Positions 1-4,860 of a stretch of 5,143 nt of DNA are shown one piece after another. Made by a program: the position numbers and the translations under genes. The stretch is from Candidatus Iainarchaeum sp. Lineage in GTDB: Archaea; Iainarchaeota; Iainarchaeia; Iainarchaeales; CSSED10-239. Under the pieces are notes generated by a model that was given only the letters and a program-made list of their open reading frames with translations, was not told the origin of the DNA and did not search any database. Each line of letters begins with the position of its first letter. Position 1 is the first letter of the stretch. Location: assembly GCA_028693335.1 (NCBI GenBank), contig JAQUVR010000023.1, positions 3,396 through 8,538 of the forward strand. The letters are read 5' to 3'.

Positions 1-815
1 TCAATATCTTTTTTTGGTGTGCTGTTTGGTAATGCAAGCATAAAATGATATAACACTTTAAAGCCAGCATCTTTTAATTCTTCTGTTGCTTTTATTACTG
101 CATCTATTCTGTGCCCTCTATTTACATAATCTAATATTTTGTCATTTAATATCTGAACTCCAATTTCTACTCTAGTTCCACCAAATTCTAAAAGTCTTTT
201 AATTATTTTTTTATTACAAAAATCTGGTCTTGTTTCAAAAGTGATTCCAACAACTCTTCTTTTGGATTTGCTTGCGATTTTTTTAAGTGTTTCAAGATCT
301 TCGTTTTTTGAGTCTGTTAACGCTTGATATACTTTTATCATAAACTCTTTTTGATATTTATATGGCATTGCAGGAAAAGTGCCACCCATAACAATTAATT
401 CAATTTTATTTGTTGGGTGTCCTGTTGCTTCAAATTGATGTAATCTATCTTTAATTTGTTTATATGGATCAAAATCATTTCTTTTTGCTCTCATTGCTGC
501 TGGTTCAAAACCTGTGTAGCTTCTTGGTGCAATTTCAGAGTTTGGACAGTAGATGCATTTTCCAGGACAATCTCCTGGTTTTGTCATTACTGCAATAACA
601 GTTACACCTGACAAGGTTTTTGTTGGCTTTGTTACTAAAAAAGAGGGTGGTGTTTTAATATTTAATGCATCTAATATTTCAGAAGTTAGTGGTAGTTGTT
701 TTAATTTATTTTCTCTAGCAAAATCAACTTTTTTTTTCTCAAATTCTTGTTTGGTTATTTTTTGTGTGTTTATGTTTTTAAAAAATTCTAAAATTTTTTT
801 TTTTCGTGTGTTCAT
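1..815 (-). CDS. elp3: Elp3-family radical SAM enzyme (tRNA uridine-34 carboxymethylation; Elongator Elp3 homolog). N-terminal 271 codons; the 3' end runs off the left edge of the window.
   Basis: Not in the ORF track because no stop lies inside the window. Manual reverse-complement translation from ATG (813-815) is open down to position 1: MNTRKKKILEFFKNINTQKITKQEFEKKKVDFARENKLKQLPLTSEILDALNIKTPPSFLVTKPTKTLSGVTVIAVMTKPGDCPGKCIYCPNSEIAPRSYTGFEPAAMRAKRNDFDPYKQIKDRLHQFEATGHPTNKIELIVMGGTFPAMPYKYQKEFMIKVYQALTDSKNEDLETLKKIASKSKRRVVGITFETRPDFCNKKIIKRLLEFGGTRVEIGVQILNDKILDYVNRGHRIDAVIKATEELKDAGFKVLYHFMLALPNSTPKKDI. Elp3 hallmarks present: SGVxVxAVMTKP, a Cys cluster followed by YCP (Cys codons 567-569, 555-557, 546-548), SYTGxEPAAxRA, GHxxxKxELIVMGGTF, ETRPD and EIGVQ. 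An in-frame TAG at 837-839 limits any upstream extension. Confidence 0.9.
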   Translation of the reverse strand, partial: MNTRKKKILEFFKNINTQKITKQEFEKKKVDFARENKLKQLPLTSEILDALNIKTPPSFLVTKPTKTLSGVTVIAVMTKPGDCPGKCIYCPNSEIAPRSYTGFEPAAMRAKRNDFDPYKQIKDRLHQFEATGHPTNKIELIVMGGTFPAMPYKYQKEFMIKVYQALTDSKNEDLETLKKIASKSKRRVVGITFETRPDFCNKKIIKRLLEFGGTRVEIGVQILNDKILDYVNRGHRIDAVIKATEELKDAGFKVLYHFMLALPNSTPKKDI

Positions 816-836
816 ATTATGTCGTTTTAAGTGGAA

Positions 837-1688
837 CTATTTATTTTCTAATATTCTAATAATGTTATTAAAAAAATAAACAGGTATAGAATTTAGTCCA
901 TATAATGGATAATAATATTGGTTTGCACTATATAGTGCTCTAAGATCTTTAATCACATTAATCTTTACATCAATTTCAGATCTTTTAAATTCATTAAACA
1001 TCGCTCCAATTGGTCTTAAATAATTTTCTTTTGGTGCATTTCTTGTGTAAATAAATATTTTAATATCTTTGTCTCCAACACCTTTTGGTATAAAACTATA
1101 TTTAATATCTGTTTTACTAACTGGTGGTAATGTTTTTATTATATCTTTTTCTAATTTTTCTGTTTTTGAATAAAACCAACTTTCTTGCAGATCTGATGTT
1201 ATTGTTATTTCTTTTGTTGTTACTGATTTATTTATTACTGTTAATGTTATTTCTTTTATTATCCCATATTCTGTTTGTTTTTCATAGTTTTGTGTAATTA
1301 CACTAATTACATCATTAGTTACATTAATGTTAAAAATAACTTCTTTTTTTTCTCCAGATGCATTAATTAATTCTAATTTTAATAAATTAAATCCACTTAT
1401 GTCTTCTGAAATTTGAATTGTTGTAAATATACTTTCTGGAGTAAATTGTGTTGTGTCTGTTTTTGCAATATTTCTGTATTCTTCTGCAATTCTTATTTCT
1501 ACATATTTTTCATTTTCTTCTAAAAGAAAACTGACTAAGAAAAATTCACCTGGTGCAACAACACCAATATCTATCTCTGTATTATCTATTTCAGTATAGA
1601 TCGGCTCTAATATTTTTAATGAATAGATATTTGGTATAGATATCATTATTATAAATAATATTGAAAATAGTTTTATTGTTTTTAACAT
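837..1688 (-). CDS. Hypothetical secreted or N-terminally anchored protein, beta-rich (possibly Ig-like/CARDB-like sandwich repeats). No family recognised.
   Basis: 283-aa ORF with a Sec-type N-terminus: MLKTIK, then the hydrophobic stretch LFSILFIIMISI, then PNIYS. No cysteines. Three N-x-S/T sequons (NAS, NVT, NKS). Alternating polar/hydrophobic strand-like segments (VIFNINVTNDVISVI, ITLTVINKSVTTKEITITSD). Internal repeat KEIT[LI]T encoded by an identical 12-mer at 1204-1215 and 1246-1257. Codon usage matches its neighbours. It ends 21 nt upstream of the Elp3 ATG on the same strand. Confidence 0.65.
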   Translation of the reverse strand: MLKTIKLFSILFIIMISIPNIYSLKILEPIYTEIDNTEIDIGVVAPGEFFLVSFLLEENEKYVEIRIAEEYRNIAKTDTTQFTPESIFTTIQISEDISGFNLLKLELINASGEKKEVIFNINVTNDVISVITQNYEKQTEYGIIKEITLTVINKSVTTKEITITSDLQESWFYSKTEKLEKDIIKTLPPVSKTDIKYSFIPKGVGDKDIKIFIYTRNAPKENYLRPIGAMFNEFKRSEIDVKINVIKDLRALYSANQYYYPLYGLNSIPVYFFNNIIRILENK

Positions 1689-1719
1689 ATTTAATGTTTC
1701 CTTTATAATTTGTTTTATT

Positions 1720-1733
1720 AAATATATATATTA
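1720..1733 (-). promoter_or_regulatory. Candidate TATA-like element for the secreted-protein/elp3 transcription unit.
   Basis: The minus strand reads TAATATATATATTT, 32-45 nt upstream of ATG 1688. AGGA (complement of 1699-1702) lies in the predicted short leader. The AT-rich background makes this weak. Confidence 0.3.
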
Positions 1734-1739
1734 TAGCCA

Positions 1740-1750
1740 TTTATATTAAA
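1740..1750 (+). promoter_or_regulatory. Archaeal TATA-box-like element for taw3.
   Basis: TTTATATTAAA. It is centred about 26 nt upstream of about 1770, giving a roughly 15-nt leader that contains GGAG (1773-1776) before ATG 1785. Confidence 0.4.
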
Positions 1751-1784
1751 AATGCTTTTTATTTTAAACTTTGGAGAAAATAAT

Positions 1785-2387
1785 ATGAATTCTCAAGAAA
1801 TTGACACAAGATTTGAGATGTTAAAACAACACCACACAAAAACACTGGATGATGCTATTGATAATGGGTTAGTTGATACTCCAATTATTGATTTTTTAAC
1901 AGAAATTAAAAAATTACCAAATATTTTTACCTCTAGCAGTTGCTCAGGTAGAATTATGCTTCTTATTGGCGACGAGGATGAAAATAAACAAAATTCTTCA
2001 TTTTTAAAAAAGTTTCACAACACCATAACTTTATCAGATCTAAAACAAGAACTTAATAATTTGCCAGAAAATGGGCTTGTTTGGTTAAAAGTTGAACCAT
2101 TTATTTTTCATTTTGGTCTAAAAGATTATGATTCTGCTAAAGATCTTTTAAATTTTTGTAGAGATTTTGGTTTAAAAAAAGCTGGCATTATTAGTGCAAG
2201 GGATGGTAAATTTACTTGTGAAGTTACAAATACTGTTTATTTATCAACAGTTATTGCAAAGAACGGCGTTTTATTAATTGATGAAAAATATTTATCTTTA
2301 TTAGTGGATATTGCAAATCAAAAATTAGAAAATAATTTTGAAAAATTAAAAAGATTTATTTCTGATTTTTTAAAAAAATATCAATGA
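1785..2387 (+). CDS. taw3: tRNA wyosine-derivative methyltransferase Taw3 (TYW3 family, DUF207).
   Basis: Translation MNSQEIDTRFEMLKQHHTKTLDDAIDNGLVDTPIIDFLTEIKKLPNIFTSSSCSGRIML... carries the TYW3 signature [FY]T(T/S)SSCSGRI (1929-1955) and the downstream EPFIxHxx block (VEPFIFHFG). About 200 aa from this start, typical for Taw3. Start moved from the track ATG at 1752 to ATG at 1785. A TATA-like TTTATATTAAA lies at 1740-1750, only 1 nt from 1752, which puts the expected transcription start near 1770. GGAG at 1773-1776 sits 8 nt before ATG 1785. The 11 extra residues (MLFILNFGENN) are not part of the family. Confidence 0.85.
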   Translation: MNSQEIDTRFEMLKQHHTKTLDDAIDNGLVDTPIIDFLTEIKKLPNIFTSSSCSGRIMLLIGDEDENKQNSSFLKKFHNTITLSDLKQELNNLPENGLVWLKVEPFIFHFGLKDYDSAKDLLNFCRDFGLKKAGIISARDGKFTCEVTNTVYLSTVIAKNGVLLIDEKYLSLLVDIANQKLENNFEKLKRFISDFLKKYQ

Positions 2388-2388
2388 T

Positions 2389-3354
2389 TTATTTCTTTTT
2401 AACTTTTACTTCTTTTTTTAAATAATTTTGAACTAATGGCAAATATTTTTGTAATTCGCTCATTTCTGATTTTTTTAGTTTTGGTACACCTGTTGTATTC
2501 ATTTTTTCTGATACTTTGTTTAATAGATTAGTTACTTCTAATGGAAAGATTATTTTTGATGATTGTCCTTCTCCGATTTTCTCTAGTGCTTTAATATAGT
2601 AATATAAGACAGTTCTATCAGATAATTGGTTTGTTGCATCATTTATTGCCATAATTTTTGCTTTTTCTGATTCTGCTTCTTCATATATTGCTAATTTTTT
2701 TTGAACTGCTGCTTTTTGTTTATGCATTGATTCAATAATTTCTTCTGGCACTTTTAAATCTCTGATTTCTACGCCAGATATTTTTACACCCCAGTCTTTT
2801 GCCATTGTTTTTAATTCATCTGTTAGTCTTCTATTTATGTTTTCTGTATTACTTATAACTTCTGTTAAATTAAATTCACCAAGAACATCTCTAAGCATTG
2901 CAATTACGTATAATGAGGATGCTTTTTTGTAATCTTCTACTTTTACAATGGAGTTGATTACACTTTCTCTTGTATTTTCAACAGACAGATATAAAATTGC
3001 ATCAATAGTTAGTCTGATATTATCTTTTGTGATTATGTGTTGAGGGGGTATGTCTATTACTTGTGTTCTTAATGTTGTAATTACTGCTTTTTCAAAAAAT
3101 GGAAAAACTAATGTCCAACCAGGTCCACCCACTCTATTTACTTTACCAAATCTATAGATTAGTGCTCTTTCATAATCTGTTAATTGTAGAATTATATTAA
3201 ATTTAAATGATGTGTAAATTAATATCATACACAACAATCCGACAATAATTCCTAGTTGTATCTTTTCATTACTAATAAAGAATATTGCAACTACTGCAAC
3301 AAGTATGAAAAAGAATATTGTAAAAAATATATTTTTTTTATTTTGTTCGTTCAT
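2389..3354 (-). CDS. SPFH/Band-7 (stomatin/prohibitin-like) membrane protein.
   Basis: 321 aa with two N-terminal hydrophobic helices (NIFFTIFFFILVAVVAIFFIS; LGIIVGLLCMILIYTSF). These are followed by the stomatin core pattern: DYERALIYRFGKxxxxxGPGW, FPFF, IDIPPQHIITKDNIRLTIDAILYLSV, AMLRDVLGEFNLTEVIS, INRRL, DWGVKISGVEIRDLKVPEEIIESMHKQ. A coiled-coil-like KAAVQKKLAIYEEAESEKAKIMA and a Lys-rich tail come next. Confidence 0.9.
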   Translation of the reverse strand: MNEQNKKNIFFTIFFFILVAVVAIFFISNEKIQLGIIVGLLCMILIYTSFKFNIILQLTDYERALIYRFGKVNRVGGPGWTLVFPFFEKAVITTLRTQVIDIPPQHIITKDNIRLTIDAILYLSVENTRESVINSIVKVEDYKKASSLYVIAMLRDVLGEFNLTEVISNTENINRRLTDELKTMAKDWGVKISGVEIRDLKVPEEIIESMHKQKAAVQKKLAIYEEAESEKAKIMAINDATNQLSDRTVLYYYIKALEKIGEGQSSKIIFPLEVTNLLNKVSEKMNTTGVPKLKKSEMSELQKYLPLVQNYLKKEVKVKKK

Positions 3355-3384
3355 TTTTATAAAACCGTCTTTTTACTTTTTAAC

Positions 3385-3394
3385 TTTATATAAA
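3385..3394 (-). promoter_or_regulatory. Archaeal TATA box for the SPFH gene.
   Basis: Perfectly palindromic TTTATATAAA, 30 nt upstream of ATG 3354 on the minus strand. The predicted transcription start is near 3363. Confidence 0.4.
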
Positions 3395-3458
3395 TAAATT
3401 ATATGCGTTTACTTTATTAATTTTTTCTATTATTAATATAATATATATGTTTTGGTTA

Positions 3459-3468
3459 TTTATATAAA
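3459..3468 (+). promoter_or_regulatory. Archaeal TATA box for the DUF373 gene.
   Basis: The same palindromic 10-mer TTTATATAAA, with 24 nt between it and ATG 3493. It predicts a leaderless or near-leaderless mRNA. Confidence 0.45.
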
Positions 3469-3492
3469 TATCAAAATTATTTGGTGAAAAAT

Positions 3493-4791
3493 ATGGCAAT
3501 CTCTAAAAAAGAAAAAACACAAATTAAAGAGATAGCTGTTAGTGCCACTAATTTAAAAGAAATCACCAAAAATGAAGATCAAGAAAGAATTCTTATTTTA
3601 AATGTAGATAGAGATAACGATATTGGAAAATTATTAAAAGTATCTGGGCCAATATTAGGTTTTGAAAATAATTTGAAATTAGCTTCTGATCTGTTGTTAT
3701 TAGATCCAGAGGAATCTGATGCTAATGCAATTTTTGGGGCTTTAAAAAAATATAATGATCTTAAAAAGGATTATAATGTTCAAATCGCTACATTAACTGG
3801 GCATTCTAAAGAAAATTTGTTTTTTGCTGATAAGAATATTGCTATTCAATTAAAACAAGTTTTTGCTGAATTTCCTGCAAGTGGAATTGTTTTTGTAAGT
3901 GATGGTGCTGAGGACGATCAAGTTATTCCAATTGTTCAAAATTTTGCACCAATTATTTCTAAGGAAACAATTATTGTTAGACAGGAAAAAAATATAGAAA
4001 ATACTTTTTATTTTATTAAAAAAGCTATTAAAGATCCTGCATTTTCTAGAATTATTTTTGGAATTCCTGCAATCATTTTATTGTTATTTTTCTTTTTTGG
4101 ATATTTTGCTTTTCAGATATTAGCGTTAGTTTTAGGTTTATATTTTTTAATAAAGGGATTTAATCTTGAACCAAAGATCTATCGCTTTTTTGAGAATATA
4201 TTAAACAAATTATCTTTAACTAGATTAAGTTTTCCATTTTACTTGGCTGGTTTATTTTTATTATTTTTTACAATTTTTTCTGGAATTAATTTATATTTGT
4301 CAAATCCAGAGTTTGTTTTTTGGTCTAGACTGATTTATGTAATTAGAGCAGTATTATTATATTTAGTTTTGTCTTTTGTTGCTTTTGTTGTGGGTGACTT
4401 AATTGATATTTTTTATGTTAAAGAAGCATATAAATTAGGCAAATCAATATTTTTATTAATTTCAATTTTTGTATTTTCTGCAATTTTTGATTTAGCATTA
4501 CAATTGATTATTGGGCAACTTGAGTTTAATGTTTTTATTATTAGTGTTGTTGTCTCAACAGTTTTTTTGTTTTTATTAAATAGAATAACTAGTATTTTTG
4601 ACATCACCACAGATATTACAGATCTATTAATCGGACTTCCTGTTGTTTCAAGATATGGTGTTTGGATCGGTCAAGTAGTTTCTGTTGATTCTGAAAAGAA
4701 TGTTATTAGTTATGCAACAAGAAATGGCAAAGTAATAAAAGTTATTTCAAAGAAGCATTTTGTTATTAATAATGGACGTGTAATAATTTAA
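3493..4791 (+). CDS. DUF373-family (COG2237-like) archaeal integral membrane protein. Cytoplasmic acidic N-domain, six TM helices and a C-terminal PRC-barrel-like extension.
   Basis: N-domain motifs as I recall for DUF373: LNVDRDNDIGK (3607-3627 = DRDNDIG), GPILG, LLDPEESDANAIFGA, VFVSDGAEDDQVIPIVQ. About six hydrophobic helices follow: IIFGIPAIILLLFFFFGYF, AFQILALVLGLYFLI, FPFYLAGLFLLFFTIFSGI, LIYVIRAVLLYLVLSFVAFVV, IFLLISIFVFSAIFDLALQLI, VFIISVVVSTVFLFLL. Tail (4624-4788): LIGLPVVSRYGVWIGQVVSVDSEKNVISYATRNGKVIKVISKKHFVINNGRVII. Start moved from the track TTG at 3481 to ATG at 3493. The TATA box at 3459-3468 is centred about 27 nt before 3490, so 3481 would lie upstream of the transcript. 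GGTGA at 3483-3487 could alternatively act as an SD for ATG 3493. Confidence 0.8.
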   Translation: MAISKKEKTQIKEIAVSATNLKEITKNEDQERILILNVDRDNDIGKLLKVSGPILGFENNLKLASDLLLLDPEESDANAIFGALKKYNDLKKDYNVQIATLTGHSKENLFFADKNIAIQLKQVFAEFPASGIVFVSDGAEDDQVIPIVQNFAPIISKETIIVRQEKNIENTFYFIKKAIKDPAFSRIIFGIPAIILLLFFFFGYFAFQILALVLGLYFLIKGFNLEPKIYRFFENILNKLSLTRLSFPFYLAGLFLLFFTIFSGINLYLSNPEFVFWSRLIYVIRAVLLYLVLSFVAFVVGDLIDIFYVKEAYKLGKSIFLLISIFVFSAIFDLALQLIIGQLEFNVFIISVVVSTVFLFLLNRITSIFDITTDITDLLIGLPVVSRYGVWIGQVVSVDSEKNVISYATRNGKVIKVISKKHFVINNGRVII

Positions 4792-4810
4792 TTTTTTTTC
4801 TTGTTTTTTT
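4792..4810 (+). terminator. Oligo-T archaeal intrinsic termination signal after the DUF373 gene.
   Basis: T8 (4792-4799) and T7 (4804-4810) start immediately after the TAA stop (4789-4791). A weak 6-bp hairpin TGATTT-CGAA-AAATCA follows at 4813-4828. Confidence 0.45.
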
Positions 4811-4836
4811 GTTGATTTCGAAAAATCATTAATTTC

Positions 4837-4855
4837 TGGTTATTTTATATATAAA
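4837..4855 (+). promoter_or_regulatory. Orphan promoter-like element (TGGTTATTT plus TATA-like run) with no credible downstream gene.
   Basis: TGGTTATTTTATATATAAA. The 9-mer TGGTTATTT (4837-4845) is identical to the sequence leading into the DUF373 TATA box (3453-3461). The only thing downstream on the plus strand is the antisense of the ABC fragment. Confidence 0.3.
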
Positions 4856-4860
4856 GGTTT

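Noticed and set aside
729-804. Long homopolymers T9 (729-737) and T11 (794-804), which are A9 and A11 in the Elp3 coding strand. Considered as slippage or phase-variation tracts.
   Set aside because: They encode Lys runs (KKK) in a poorly conserved N-terminal region of a housekeeping gene in a genome dominated by AAA codons. Nothing suggests an on/off switch. They may still be sequencing-error hotspots.
816-839. Possible TAG readthrough or recoding that would fuse the 283-aa protein to Elp3 (same frame, seven codons apart).
   Set aside because: Being in frame is a 1-in-3 chance event. Fusing an exported protein to a cytoplasmic Fe-S enzyme is implausible. The Elp3 N-terminal length from ATG 815 is normal. 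TAG also terminates the ABC fragment tail, so there is no sign of reassignment.
553-879. 108-aa plus-strand ORF from the track.
   Set aside because: It lies entirely antisense to the well-supported Elp3 N-terminus and overlaps the end of the 283-aa gene. The sequence is low-complexity and F/L/K-rich, with no motif. It is a shadow ORF typical of AT-rich DNA.
1752-1784. Track start ATG 1752 for Taw3 (extra MLFILNFGENN).
   Set aside because: It lies 1 nt after the TATA-like element and so would be upstream of the transcription start. ATG 1785 has GGAG at the correct spacing and gives the family-typical N-terminus.
3372-3415. 8-mer TTTACTTT direct repeat (3372-3379 and 3408-3415) flanking the SPFH TATA box. 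Considered as a transcription-factor operator pair.
   Set aside because: An 8-mer made of T, A and one C recurring within 138 nt of mostly A/T sequence could easily be chance. There is no symmetry about the TATA box.
3481-3492. Track start TTG 3481 for the DUF373 gene.
   Set aside because: It is only 12 nt after the TATA box at 3459-3468 and so probably lies upstream of the transcript start. ATG 3493 is a canonical start at the right promoter distance, with GGTGA just upstream.
4413-4610. 65-aa minus-strand ORF from the track.
   Set aside because: It is antisense to the TM-helix region of the DUF373 gene. It has no promoter or RBS context and no recognisable motif.
4624-4791. NfeD C-terminal OB-fold identity for the DUF373 tail.
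   Set aside because: The usual NfeD pattern, as I remember it (G-x-V-x-x-x-G-E-x-W-x-A, then I-x-x-G-x-x-V-x-V), is not visible. The sequence fits the PRC-barrel pattern better. Only the architectural analogy is retained.
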